Shown piece after piece: positions 49,187-59,658 of a DNA stretch of 64,000 nucleotides. The notes beneath the pieces are model-generated. The model saw nothing but the letters and a program-made list of their open reading frames with translations. It had not been told where the DNA came from and did no database searches. Source of the DNA: a virus. Positions within the stretch are counted from its first letter, which is position 1. Every line of letters begins with the position of its first letter. Location: positions 50,470-114,469 of the IMG/VR virus record IMGVR_UViG_3300006793_000015. One strand, given 5' to 3'. The position numbers were made by a program, and so were the translations under genes.

Positions 49187-49336
49187 ACCAGTATTTATTT
49201 TTACAAACCCTTTTCATTGCCCTTTGGGTGTTACTGTATAGCACTAATTTTACAAGATCTAAATAAATACTAGCATCAATACATCTTATAAAAAGATGTA
49301 GAATTTTAATTAAAATTTTATACGAGGAAAAAGATT

Positions 49337-52300
49337 ATGGCTTTAGTATCTCCAGGTGTAGAGGTAACAGTAACCAATGAATCCGCGTATGTAACTTCAG
49401 ATCCAGGTACAGTTCCGCTAATTTTAGTAGCAACTGCACAAGATAAGCTACAAGCTTCTGGTTCAGGTACAGCGTCAGGAACAACAGCGGCAAACGCTGG
49501 TAAGGTTCAGTTACTTACTTCACAACTAGAATTAGCAACAACATTTGGTACTCCTAACTTTTATAGTAGTACTTCCGGAACAATGTTGCATGGCTATGAA
49601 TTAAACGAATACGGTTTACAAGCCGCATATTCATATCTAGGTATTGCCAATCAGGCGTATGTATTACGAGCAGATGTAGATTTAAGTAAATTAACAGGCT
49701 CAGCAACAGCACCTACAGGCACACCAGTCAATGGCACACATTGGTTAGACCTAACAAACACTGTTTGGGGTTTACACGTTTGGAACGCCACAACACAAAC
49801 ATTTACATATACAATACCTACAATTTGTGCTACAGAGCACTCAGGTAACCCATCATATCTTCCAAATGCTTCATTTGGTTCAATTGGTGATTACACAGTT
49901 GTTACAGCAACAACAAACAACGCAATTTATTACAAAACTACTAGTAACACATGGGTAGCAGTTGGTTCCGGTGCAATTACATCATCCGCACACGCCCTTG
50001 CAACAAGAAATGCATCATGGGCATCAAGTTTTCCAGCAATCTCAGTAACTCCAAGTGCTGTTACAATCGGTCATGAATTTAGTATTAATGGCAGTACTGT
50101 AACATTTACAGGCACAGGTGTTGACGATATTGTTAGCGACATTAATGGCGTATTTACAGGTGGTAGCGCGGCAATATCCGGTGTACAAGCATACAATAAC
50201 GGTGGTGTATTAGAAATTTTCATCATTGGTTTGTCAGCATCAGATGGTGCAACAGCATCTGCATCAGCTACATTGGCTAATGTGACAGGTACTGCTTTAG
50301 CAGACATGGGCATTACAGCAGGCACTTTTAATGCTCCAAGACTACAAGAGAGTGGTTACACTACAGTTCCTACATGGCAAACAGGTGCGGCAACTCCAGC
50401 ACCTTCAGGCAGTATGTGGGTTAAACTTGATGGATATCTGGGTGGCTCTAACGGCAATAATATTGTTGTTAAAGTGTACTCATCAACATCAGGCCTATGG
50501 GAATCAAAGACAGTATATGCTTATGATTCCATTACAGACGCTACATCAGGAAGAGGTGGCACAGATCCAAGAACAATCGCAGTAGGTACGCTAATAGTTG
50601 ACCACGACGTTGCTTCTGCAGATGAAGTCACATTTAAACCATACAGACGTAAGAGTTCAGGCGAACTTGCTGTAACTGGTTCAAATACTTCACCAACATT
50701 TGTTGCCGCAGAAACCTTTACAATTAACGGTACATCTGTAGTACTAGGTGGCACAGCCGCAAGTGATTTCTTAACAGCAGTTAGCGCCGCCGCAATTACA
50801 GATGTTTCCGCAAGAGTAGAAACTTCAGGTGCGGTTACATTAGTACACGCCAAAGGTGACGATTTAGTACTTCGTGAAACATCAGGCACACCACTAGCAG
50901 ACGCAGGCATTTCTGCTTCACTAGCAACTGTATTCACACTTCCAAACGGTGACTTAATTGGCACAAACTGGGAAGAATTAACATATGAAGCATCCGCAAC
51001 AGTGCCTACATCAGATCCAGCCGCAGGCGATTTATGGTATGATACAACACTTGTTGCTGACATTATGGTTCATGATGGCACAACATGGAAAGGTTATCAA
51101 AATGTATCCACAGATTATCGTGGTTATGATTTAAGTCAAACAGATCCAGCAGGTCCAATTTTTGCAGCCGCAGAGCCTTTGACACAGTCAGATGCTACAG
51201 CACTTGTAAACGGTGACCTTTGGGTTGATACTTCAGATCTTGAAAACTATCCAAAGTTATATCGTTATCAGTCAAGTGTATGGGTATTAATTGATGGAAC
51301 AGATCAAACATCATCAAACGGTATTTTGTTTGCTGATGCAAGATGGCAAACAGCAGCCGCCGCTAAAGTAAGTGGCACAGGTGCTGGAACCGCATCAAGC
51401 ATTGCAGACCTATTAAGTGATGACTTCTTAGATCCAGATGCTCCAGATCCAGCATCCTATCCACGTGGTATGATGTTATGGAACACAAGACGTAGTGGTT
51501 ATACAGTAAAAGAATATAGAGCAGACGAAGTAACAGTAGCAAAATATTCTTCAGGTAACCCACGTATGTCAAGTGAATCTGTTGCTACTTATTATCCAGA
51601 TCGTTGGGCAAATAAGTCAGGCACAAACTCAAATGGTTCATTAAGCGCAGGCCGTAAGTCACAACGTGCAGTTATTGTCGCCGCAATGAAATCAGCAGTT
51701 GATGCCAATACAGATATTCGCGAAGAGCAACGTCAGTTTAACTTAATTGCAGCTCCAGGTTATCCAGAACTGCTATCTAATATGACTACACTAAACGTTG
51801 ATAGAAAGGAAACAGCACACGTTATTGGCGATGCGCCGTTCCGTTTATCAGACAATGCCGCAAATATCCAAGCATGGAGTAAAAACTCAGCCGCCGCAGA
51901 AGACAACGGCGAAGATGGACTAGTAACTAACAATGAGTATATGTCAGTTTATTACCCATCAGGTTTTGCTAATGACTTGGCTGGTAACAGTGTTGTTGTT
52001 CCAGCATCCCATATGATTCTACGCACATTTGCTTATAATGATAGTGTAGGTTATCCATGGTTTGCAGCCGCTGGCACAAACAGAGGCAAGGTTTCAAATG
52101 CAACAGCAATTGGTTACATTGACAGCGTTGGTGAGTTTAACAGCATCGCAGTAAGAGAAGGACTACGTGACGTATTATATGCTGATAACATTAACCCAAT
52201 TACATTTATTAATGGTAGTGGTTTAATGAACTTCGGTAACAAGACCCGCTCTTCCACTTCATCAGCAATTGATAGAGTTAACGTTTCAAGACTTGTGTCT

Positions 52301-52588
52301 TACATGAGACGTCAACTAGATCTTATCGCAAAACCATTTATTTTCGAACCAAATGATGAATTAACCCGTAATGAAATTAAGGGCGTAATTGATTCATTCT
52401 GTAACGAACTATTGGCTAAGCGAGCAATTGGTGATTACTTGGTAGTATGTGATGAGTCTAACAACACACCGGCTAGAATTGACCGTAACGAATTATACGT
52501 TGACGTAGCAATTGAGCCAATTAAGGCGTTAGAGTTCATCTATATCCCAGTAAGATTGAAGAATACAGGAGAAATAGCGGCTCTTTAG
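49337..52588 (+). CDS. gp18: Tail sheath protein, gp18-like (with a large insertion)
   Basis: MALVSPGVEV; C-terminal PWFAAAG..RG, INPI, GNKT, DRVNVSRL, FEPND, VCDESNNTPARIDRNEL. Confidence 0.93.
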   Translation: MALVSPGVEVTVTNESAYVTSDPGTVPLILVATAQDKLQASGSGTASGTTAANAGKVQLLTSQLELATTFGTPNFYSSTSGTMLHGYELNEYGLQAAYSYLGIANQAYVLRADVDLSKLTGSATAPTGTPVNGTHWLDLTNTVWGLHVWNATTQTFTYTIPTICATEHSGNPSYLPNASFGSIGDYTVVTATTNNAIYYKTTSNTWVAVGSGAITSSAHALATRNASWASSFPAISVTPSAVTIGHEFSINGSTVTFTGTGVDDIVSDINGVFTGGSAAISGVQAYNNGGVLEIFIIGLSASDGATASASATLANVTGTALADMGITAGTFNAPRLQESGYTTVPTWQTGAATPAPSGSMWVKLDGYLGGSNGNNIVVKVYSSTSGLWESKTVYAYDSITDATSGRGGTDPRTIAVGTLIVDHDVASADEVTFKPYRRKSSGELAVTGSNTSPTFVAAETFTINGTSVVLGGTAASDFLTAVSAAAITDVSARVETSGAVTLVHAKGDDLVLRETSGTPLADAGISASLATVFTLPNGDLIGTNWEELTYEASATVPTSDPAAGDLWYDTTLVADIMVHDGTTWKGYQNVSTDYRGYDLSQTDPAGPIFAAAEPLTQSDATALVNGDLWVDTSDLENYPKLYRYQSSVWVLIDGTDQTSSNGILFADARWQTAAAAKVSGTGAGTASSIADLLSDDFLDPDAPDPASYPRGMMLWNTRRSGYTVKEYRADEVTVAKYSSGNPRMSSESVATYYPDRWANKSGTNSNGSLSAGRKSQRAVIVAAMKSAVDANTDIREEQRQFNLIAAPGYPELLSNMTTLNVDRKETAHVIGDAPFRLSDNAANIQAWSKNSAAAEDNGEDGLVTNNEYMSVYYPSGFANDLAGNSVVVPASHMILRTFAYNDSVGYPWFAAAGTNRGKVSNATAIGYIDSVGEFNSIAVREGLRDVLYADNINPITFINGSGLMNFGNKTRSSTSSAIDRVNVSRLVSYMRRQLDLIAKPFIFEPNDELTRNEIKGVIDSFCNELLAKRAIGDYLVVCDESNNTPARIDRNELYVDVAIEPIKALEFIYIPVRLKNTGEIAAL

Positions 52589-52602
52589 GGCTTAAACATT
52601 GA

Positions 52603-52628
52603 TTAGGGGTGGTGAAAGCCACCCCTAA
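52603..52628 (+). terminator. Strong hairpin after the sheath gene (terminator or RNA-stabilising/processing site)
   Basis: TTAGGGGTGG-TGAAAG-CCACCCCTAA with no clear U-tract; TAAATA at 52637 follows. Confidence 0.55.
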
Positions 52629-52665
52629 CATGTAGATAAATATAATAAGAAATTAGGAGAATAAT

Positions 52666-53274
52666 ATGTCCGTAGCGTCATTAACAAAATTTACAGTTCC
52701 AATTAGTGGAGCTGGATCTCAGGGTACTTTGATGCCGAAAATGAAGTATCGCTTTAGAGCGATTATGGAAAACTTTGGCGTTACCACTCCAAGATCAGAG
52801 ATTACAAAAAATGTAATGGATATCACTCGCCCAACAGCATCATTCGAAAGTCAAGTATTAGATGTTTACAACTCAAAGATTAATATCATTGGTAAACATA
52901 CATGGGACCCCCTTACAATTAACTTGCGTGATGATATTAATGGTGAGATGACTCGCCGTGTAGGCGAGCAAATGCAGAAGCAGTTTGACTTTTTCGAGCA
53001 AATGAGTTCTGTATCTGGTGTTGATTACAAATTTACATTAAAGTATGAAGTACTTGATGGTGGCAATGGTTCAACAGCACCTGGTGTTTTAGAAACTTGG
53101 GAACTTTATGGTTGCTATATTGAAAACGTAAACTATAACGATTTCAGTTACCAGTCAAGTGAACCAGCAACAATTACAATGTCAATTAAATACGATAACG
53201 CATTAAACACCCCAATTGGTGGTGGTATTGGTGCACCTGTAACAAGAGGAGCTGGTTCCGTAGCTACAGGCTAA
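52666..53274 (+). CDS. gp19: Tail tube protein, gp19-like
   Basis: Follows the sheath; PKMKYRFR, GKHTWDP.TI..RDD, ETWELYGC, I.YDNA. Confidence 0.8.
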   Translation: MSVASLTKFTVPISGAGSQGTLMPKMKYRFRAIMENFGVTTPRSEITKNVMDITRPTASFESQVLDVYNSKINIIGKHTWDPLTINLRDDINGEMTRRVGEQMQKQFDFFEQMSSVSGVDYKFTLKYEVLDGGNGSTAPGVLETWELYGCYIENVNYNDFSYQSSEPATITMSIKYDNALNTPIGGGIGAPVTRGAGSVATG

Positions 53275-53278
53275 GTAA

Positions 53279-54286
53279 ATGGCATCGTATCTTAACAATT
53301 ATTTGCGTGGTATTGGAGCCGGCGGTTTTATGAAGGACTACCGCCACGCAAGTAACCTTTATTCTGCAAGCAGTTATAGATTAGCACCTAAATTTAGGTT
53401 TCTCTATCATTGCGTTTTCATTTTAGACAACTCAGTTAGATTTCAAAACTATCAAGATGACGAAGTTGGATTTATGGTAAAGTCTGTTGATCTTCCTGGC
53501 ATTAGTTTTGATATAGAGGAAATTAAACAGTATAACAGAAAATCATATAACTATACTGGTGTTGCATACAATCCTATTAGTGTTATTTTTCATGATGATA
53601 ATGCAAATAACGTTAGAAACTTTCTAGCAAATGTTTATAATCATTATACATCAGATGGTACAAAAACTGACGGTGAGTATGCAGTTAGAACAGGTGGAAT
53701 GAAAGATACATATTTAGAAGCAAGTTCAAGCGCAACATTAAGTTGGGGTTTGGATTCAGGGTTTTCTAAGCAAGGTAAAGGATTAATTAAAGAGATACAG
53801 ATTATTTCTTTAAGTAAAGGTGTTGGTAGTCGTTATACATTAAAGAATCCTATTATAACACAATTTTCTCATGGATCTCATGACCAAAGTGATGGAGCAG
53901 GAGTTAAAGATAGTACAATTTCTGTAAGTTATGATGCGTATACATACGCAGATGTTAATATAGCACAAATTCCTAACTTTGGAATAGCATATGATCGACA
54001 AGTAGGATCAACATCATCAGGCCTAGGTCTTGATGCAAATGGAATTGTACAAAATTTGAGATCAGTATTAGATTCAGTTCCAGATAAAAACCCATATGAT
54101 ATTTTAAATACAGCAGTGCAAACAGCCGCACAAATAGAATCTTTTGATAATAGAAATTTAATTCAAAATGTTTTTGGCACTTCATTACCAAGCACGATAG
54201 ACCAAGTAGCGAAGAACGTCAATAATGTATTTCCTACTGCTACTATTAAAAAAGCACAAGAAATAATCAAAGGAATTAAAGGATAA
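53279..54286 (+). CDS. Tail-tube-fold baseplate protein (gp54/gp19 paralogue)
   Basis: VKSVDLP, QYNRK, YNPISV.FHDD, Y.LKNPII..F tube-fold motifs. Confidence 0.6.
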   Translation: MASYLNNYLRGIGAGGFMKDYRHASNLYSASSYRLAPKFRFLYHCVFILDNSVRFQNYQDDEVGFMVKSVDLPGISFDIEEIKQYNRKSYNYTGVAYNPISVIFHDDNANNVRNFLANVYNHYTSDGTKTDGEYAVRTGGMKDTYLEASSSATLSWGLDSGFSKQGKGLIKEIQIISLSKGVGSRYTLKNPIITQFSHGSHDQSDGAGVKDSTISVSYDAYTYADVNIAQIPNFGIAYDRQVGSTSSGLGLDANGIVQNLRSVLDSVPDKNPYDILNTAVQTAAQIESFDNRNLIQNVFGTSLPSTIDQVAKNVNNVFPTATIKKAQEIIKGIKG

Positions 54287-54290
54287 TCCA

Positions 54291-54698
54291 ATGCCAACAT
54301 ACACTAATTATTATAAAAATACCGCAGTGCCAGTTAATACCACATCGAATGGAAAACCAAGCATTGATGAAAAAAGGCAACGATATTTTGACAACTACTA
54401 TACTAAAGTTCAGTCGGTAGACCCGGCTCAGTTTGATATTGTTAATGGATTTTTAGAAGGAAGAAATTATTCCGAGTCTGTTAAGAGAAACTTGTCAATT
54501 TCTTTATTAGAGATTGCAAAAGAACAAGGACTATCCGTAACGGATTTAATTAATCAACTTAGTACAATAGAAGATACATTAAAACTAAACACACTTCTCT
54601 GTATTTTATTTAACACCACAAGAAACAGAACTAGCGTAATAGGCTTTAGCCAAAGCAATAAAGTAATTAGTACAGTACAAAGAACAATACTGGCTTAG
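54291..54698 (+). CDS. Hypothetical protein
   Basis: 135-aa ORF tightly packed in the tail operon. Confidence 0.65.
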   Translation: MPTYTNYYKNTAVPVNTTSNGKPSIDEKRQRYFDNYYTKVQSVDPAQFDIVNGFLEGRNYSESVKRNLSISLLEIAKEQGLSVTDLINQLSTIEDTLKLNTLLCILFNTTRNRTSVIGFSQSNKVISTVQRTILA

Positions 54699-54701
54699 AT
54701 C

Positions 54702-55142
54702 ATGGCAAAGTATGCCCAAGGGAAGTTCATTCCAAAAAACTACAAAAAATATGTAGGAAAAGGATCACCAACTTATAGAAGCGGATGGGAATTTGCCTTT
54801 ATGAAGTTTTGTGATAATCACCCATCTGTTACAGAGTGGGCAAGTGAGCCGATGAGAATACCTTATCGTAATCCACTCACAGGAAAGCAAACAACATATG
54901 TGCCTGATTTTTTAATTGTTTACCAAGGGAGTGCTGGTAAACGACAAGCAGAATTAATAGAAGTAAAACCAAAAAGCCAAACTCTAATGGAACGAGCAGG
55001 AAAAAGTAAGTATAATCAAGCGCACGTAGCAGTTAACCACGCTAAATGGGAAGCGGCTTATAAATGGTGTAAGCAACAAGGTATACGGTTTCGCATTGTT
55101 ACCGAGGACGATATTTTTCACCAAGGTGGCAAAAAGAAATAA
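54702..55142 (+). CDS. gp4: Head completion nuclease, gp4-like (TnsA-fold)
   Basis: KYVG....YRSGWE..FM.FCD......WASE...IPY......Y.PDF, IEVKP, N.AKWEAA, F.IVTE. Confidence 0.88.
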   Translation: MAKYAQGKFIPKNYKKYVGKGSPTYRSGWEFAFMKFCDNHPSVTEWASEPMRIPYRNPLTGKQTTYVPDFLIVYQGSAGKRQAELIEVKPKSQTLMERAGKSKYNQAHVAVNHAKWEAAYKWCKQQGIRFRIVTEDDIFHQGGKKK

Positions 55143-55168
55143 GTATATACACTACTTAAAAAACTAAA

Positions 55169-55897
55169 GTGTTACTTAAAAATCTAAACTATATTTTTGT
55201 CTGTTATCCACACGGTGGAGGCGGCGAATTCCTATCATACATTATAAGCAAAGCACCAGAGTGTAATACACTAGTGCGACGTAAGGTTGGCAATCGCACA
55301 AAAGTACACGATATTTTTAACCAGCATATGCTTAGAATGGATTTTAGTATTGATCGGTGTTTTAGTGATTACGGCGACAACGGTGATTTGTCAATGATAG
55401 ATCCAAACAAGCACGTTATAGTTCCAACACACTACAGAGAAAGCACGATAGGCAAGTATTTTAATAATTACAAGTTTGTTAATATTTTATATCCACATAC
55501 TCAAGAAGGGCATAAAAGAATTTTGCGTAATGTTAAAGATAAAGTGTGGTTGCAACCACAGCCTACACAGTTGGAATTTTTTGGTATGTTACAGCAGTTG
55601 GAAAAGACTGTTGGCAACAGAGATTGGTTTGTTAATACACACTTTTCGATGAATACAATTGATATTTTATTGTTGTCGAAGGGTAAAAAAATAACTGATG
55701 AGAATAGAGAACAGTTAGAGCGTGATTGGGATAATGGCGAACAACGAGTACATAAACAACAAGATGATAATTTATCAATTGAATATGAAAATATTGGAAA
55801 CGCATTACAACAAATTGGCGAATACTTAGACATTACAGTTACAGATGAAATGCTAACAGAATTTAAGAATAAAGTAAGCAATGATGAAAAAATATAA
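55169..55897 (+). CDS. Hypothetical protein, possible sulfotransferase/P-loop-like fold
   Basis: N-terminal YPHGGGGEFL loop and C-terminal IEYE...L..I..YL; first gene of the radical-SAM island. Confidence 0.45.
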   Translation: MLLKNLNYIFVCYPHGGGGEFLSYIISKAPECNTLVRRKVGNRTKVHDIFNQHMLRMDFSIDRCFSDYGDNGDLSMIDPNKHVIVPTHYRESTIGKYFNNYKFVNILYPHTQEGHKRILRNVKDKVWLQPQPTQLEFFGMLQQLEKTVGNRDWFVNTHFSMNTIDILLLSKGKKITDENREQLERDWDNGEQRVHKQQDDNLSIEYENIGNALQQIGEYLDITVTDEMLTEFKNKVSNDEKI

Positions 55898-56768
55898 CTT
55901 AAATTATATAGACGTAATGGTACAATACGCTTGTAGTTTATCCTGTAAGGGCTGTATTGTAATGTCTAACTATGATCGTAAAGGACATGTTTCTTGGAAG
56001 GAGGGCGAGCAGTGGCTTAAAGAATGGAGCACACGAATTAACCCAACCGAAGTCAATCTAATGGGAGGTGAACCACTACTTAACAAAGATTTCGAACAAT
56101 GGTTATATGGTGTGCGTGAGATATTCCCTAACTCACGTATAAAATTTATTACTAACGGGTTTCATTATAAAGTCCGTCCTAACTTATACCAGTGGTGTAA
56201 GGAAGTGGGTAATATATTGGTACAAACGAGTTTACACTATCGCCCTCCACCCATGGAATTTGTTGACAATATTATGTTTTTTCTTAAACAAACAGATTGG
56301 AAAATAGATAACACACCATTCACACAGGCAGAAAAACTTATGATGCTAACAGATAAAAACGCAAGTGTTAAATGGCATATGAATCTGTTTGGAGAGTTTA
56401 GGCGTCCGTTTATGGGAGAGGGAGCAGATATGTATCCTGCTAATAATGATGATTATGAAGGAGCGCACAGAGTTTGTGGATCGCCAAGTTCGCCTATTAT
56501 ATATAGAAATAAACTATATAAGTGCCCTGCTATTGCTAACCTAGAAGATACATTAAAAGTGTTTGGCAAGGAAAACGAAGAACAGTGGGCACCGTATCTA
56601 AACTCTGGATTAAACTACGACAGTGATTTGGTTGGATTTATAGACAATTATAATAAGCCAAATAGCATAGTATGTAAAGCATGTAGTAGTAATACAGCAG
56701 AGATAGAATACGACCATTATGAACAAGGAAATGTTATAACTAGAAAAGAATATAACAAAATAAAATGA
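55881..56768 (+). CDS. Radical SAM protein
   Basis: CSLSCKGC (CxxxCxxC), MGGEPLL, TNG; C-terminal C...LYKC...CKAC auxiliary Cys. Confidence 0.88.
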   Translation: MMKKYNLNYIDVMVQYACSLSCKGCIVMSNYDRKGHVSWKEGEQWLKEWSTRINPTEVNLMGGEPLLNKDFEQWLYGVREIFPNSRIKFITNGFHYKVRPNLYQWCKEVGNILVQTSLHYRPPPMEFVDNIMFFLKQTDWKIDNTPFTQAEKLMMLTDKNASVKWHMNLFGEFRRPFMGEGADMYPANNDDYEGAHRVCGSPSSPIIYRNKLYKCPAIANLEDTLKVFGKENEEQWAPYLNSGLNYDSDLVGFIDNYNKPNSIVCKACSSNTAEIEYDHYEQGNVITRKEYNKIK

Positions 56769-57553
56769 GTAAATTAATTACTAGCGGGTGTGGAATTAGT
56801 CAAAGAGATTTTAAACATTATCCAATTTGGGTTCATTTTCCTACCATTAGCCATAAACTAAAACATATTTCTATCGGTGGCCCGGCAGTGGGAAACGAAT
56901 ACATAGGGCGAACATGTAAAAAACATATATTAGAAAATTTAGATGTTGAGGCAGTCATTATACAATGGACTAGTATTGGAAAACTTGATCTATTCGTAGA
57001 AAACGAAAACACTTTAGACGAAATCAAAGACTTTAATTTACGAAACTTTGTTGTTGATATGAATTCATCAGTAGTAAATCACAAAGGGTTTTGGCCTAGC
57101 AGTAACAGTAGTGATAATTTTTTAAAAGAACTGTATAATAATAATTTTAAGTCCAAGATTTACGATCATATAAAAGATCTAGAATATATATTAGACATTC
57201 AAACATTATGTGAATTACACGGTATACCTTATTACTTCTTTTTTGGATACGAGTTTGATTTTGAATTTATAAGAAACACTTCCGAATTGGAACACTTGTA
57301 TAAGAGTATAAACTGGAATAAATTTATGACTCGAACACCCATGTATGCTCTTTATCAAAATAGCGATGAATACAAGTTAGATATATTTGATAAAGATCCG
57401 AGATATATGTCACCAAACAGTGCATTCCAAATTAGTTTTTATATAAAATATATCGTTCCAATACTAAACGAACGGTTTACTCCTACTAAGTTTGATATAA
57501 CCCGCTTAGAAAATCATTGCATCAAATTGGCTAAAGAAATGAAGAACACATGA
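56765..57553 (+). CDS. Hypothetical protein, SGNH-hydrolase-like fold
   Basis: LITSGCGIS, GGPAVGNEYI, VIIQWT resemble SGNH blocks, but the catalytic Ser/His are not clearly kept. Confidence 0.4.
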   Translation: MSKLITSGCGISQRDFKHYPIWVHFPTISHKLKHISIGGPAVGNEYIGRTCKKHILENLDVEAVIIQWTSIGKLDLFVENENTLDEIKDFNLRNFVVDMNSSVVNHKGFWPSSNSSDNFLKELYNNNFKSKIYDHIKDLEYILDIQTLCELHGIPYYFFFGYEFDFEFIRNTSELEHLYKSINWNKFMTRTPMYALYQNSDEYKLDIFDKDPRYMSPNSAFQISFYIKYIVPILNERFTPTKFDITRLENHCIKLAKEMKNT

Positions 57554-58515
57554 GTATTGTATTGCCTTTGAAGCGTGTGGCAGATAATATGCACGGCTTG
57601 CATGTAGAACTCACAACTAAATGTAATGCTTGGTGTCCGGGTTGTCCTAGAAGCAATAATGGGTTTGGTCTAAAAGAAGGTCATAAGTTGATCGATTTAG
57701 ATCCAGATCATTTACTAGACTTTGTTAGCAGAATGCCCAAACTAAGAGATATTTTGCTTTGTGGAAATAGAGGCGATCCCATTGCGTATAATAAAATAAA
57801 CTATCTATTAGAAAATTTATACCAACAAGAAAGAATGATTAATGTTGATATACACACAAATGGAGGTTTGCGCTCTACTAACTGGTGGCGTGATTTAGCA
57901 AGACAATGCAGAAACTACGATAAGTTTATGCAAGTATTTTTTTCTATTGATGGATTACAAGACACTAATCACATTTATAGACAAGGAACAGATTTTAATA
58001 AAATAATAAACAATGCAAAGTCTTTTATAGATGCTGGTGGAATTGCTAATTGGAGATTTTTAATATTCAAACACAACGCACATCAAATTGAAGAAGCAAG
58101 AACACTATCAAAGGAAATAGGGTTTAGTGATTTTATTACAGAAACGCCGTATATACCTATTGAGGCACGAAATTGGCAAACCGGCGAACATTATATTTTA
58201 TCAGCCGATAATGATCAAGAAGATGGTCCAGACATAACAAAGCAATCAATTGTCAATGCTAATATTTTTGATATAGAACATGAAAATAACTGGGTTGATG
58301 TTAAAGAATGCCAACACGTAACACTTCAACGTGTAGGAAACTATCGTAATTTTATAAGTGCAGAGGGAATAATTTACCCTTGTTGCTATTGGGAAGATGA
58401 AAGAAAAGAAACATATAATATAGAAACATTAGATATAATAACAGAATTTTCAAACAGAATGTATCGTAATACGTGTTTGGAAGTTTGTGGTACCACCAAA
58501 ATACAGAATAAATAA
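57550..58515 (+). CDS. Radical SAM protein with SPASM/twitch-like C-terminus
   Basis: CNAWCPGC, GNRGDP, HTNG, FSIDG, F.HN.HQ, G.IYPCC, C...C. Confidence 0.88.
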   Translation: MSIVLPLKRVADNMHGLHVELTTKCNAWCPGCPRSNNGFGLKEGHKLIDLDPDHLLDFVSRMPKLRDILLCGNRGDPIAYNKINYLLENLYQQERMINVDIHTNGGLRSTNWWRDLARQCRNYDKFMQVFFSIDGLQDTNHIYRQGTDFNKIINNAKSFIDAGGIANWRFLIFKHNAHQIEEARTLSKEIGFSDFITETPYIPIEARNWQTGEHYILSADNDQEDGPDITKQSIVNANIFDIEHENNWVDVKECQHVTLQRVGNYRNFISAEGIIYPCCYWEDERKETYNIETLDIITEFSNRMYRNTCLEVCGTTKIQNK

Positions 58516-58519
58516 CACT

Positions 58520-59011
58520 ATGACAAAGAAACTAGAGGAACTTTTTGATTTAGCACAACCAGAACCAGAAGAGCCGCCATCGGACTTTAAACCGGCTGAC
58601 GCTAATAAATTAAAAACAGTATTGAATGATGTAGACAAAATAGACAGTGCTTTACCACTTGTTAGAGATTTAGAATCAAATGACACGGAAATGGATACCA
58701 TCGCTGAAAAGTCTATGTCAACATTCAATGATCTTATGGATTTAGGTATGAATGTAGAAGCACGATACGCAGGTAAGATATTTGAAGTAGCAGGAACAAT
58801 GATGAAAAACGCTATCGACGCTAGATCAGCAAAGGTAGACAAGAAATTACGTATGGTTGAACTACAGATTAAAAAACAACGAGTAGATCAACAAGAGCAA
58901 AGCGCCGGCGGCCCACTAGAAATAGAGGCAGAGGCAACTATCGTAGCGGATCGCAACGAATTAATTAGGCAAATTTTAGACAAAGGCAAAGACAACGCGG
59001 ATAAAAAATAG
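58520..59011 (+). CDS. Putative terminase small subunit
   Basis: Helical 163 aa upstream of the terminase cluster; start moved to ATG 58520 because of the TAAATA-N5-ATG pattern. Confidence 0.45.
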   Translation: MTKKLEELFDLAQPEPEEPPSDFKPADANKLKTVLNDVDKIDSALPLVRDLESNDTEMDTIAEKSMSTFNDLMDLGMNVEARYAGKIFEVAGTMMKNAIDARSAKVDKKLRMVELQIKKQRVDQQEQSAGGPLEIEAEATIVADRNELIRQILDKGKDNADKK

Positions 59012-59054
59012 CATAATTAAATAAATAAGTAATATAACTTAAAAGAGTACCCTT

Positions 59055-59657
59055 ATGAAAAGTTTAAAACAATACATTACAGAAGCAAAAACAGATTATC
59101 CTTTTAGATTAAAGTTTGCTGTAGAGATTACAGATGAGCATTTAGATCGTTTAGAAGGCGCATTGGATAGATACAACGTTAAGAGTGTATCTAAATCAAG
59201 CAAAACAATAATGCAAAAGCATCCAATGGATTTTGGTAATTTACCAGCAAGTGAAGTATACATTGTAGATCTAGTGCTAGAGTATCCAACTACTCCAGAT
59301 ATTTTACAAAATTATATTTCAGGAATGCTAGGCATACCAGAAAGCCACATTGTTGTACGTAGTCCTAACCATCCCGAAGAAGTTCAAAACGACAAGGACC
59401 AAAAGGAACTAGACGACGCAGACCCAGATGCAAAACCAGAATCACTTTTAGATGGCGATTATCCAGAGAGTGAAGATGATTTACCTGCTGGGCAAGAATA
59501 CACAGATAAGATGCTTGCTGACGAAGATGAAAAACGCAAAGGTAGATTATTTGATATGGTCAACTTTGCTAAAGATCCAAGTAGTGAAATTGAACACGAA
59601 CCAGATGAGTTTTTAAAAGCACCACAGGGAACAACCTCACCAGTAGGAACAAATTAA
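59055..59657 (+). CDS. Putative head-associated protein
   Basis: N-terminus MKSLKQYITEA resembles the T4 internal-protein capsid-targeting sequence (MKTYQEFIAE); acidic C-terminus. Confidence 0.55.
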   Translation: MKSLKQYITEAKTDYPFRLKFAVEITDEHLDRLEGALDRYNVKSVSKSSKTIMQKHPMDFGNLPASEVYIVDLVLEYPTTPDILQNYISGMLGIPESHIVVRSPNHPEEVQNDKDQKELDDADPDAKPESLLDGDYPESEDDLPAGQEYTDKMLADEDEKRKGRLFDMVNFAKDPSSEIEHEPDEFLKAPQGTTSPVGTN

Positions 59658-59658
59658 A

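Noticed and set aside
54702-55142. TnsA-like nuclease as evidence of a Tn7-type transposon
   Set aside because: Motifs and position match T4 gp4 head-completion protein; no other transposition genes or terminal repeats are present.
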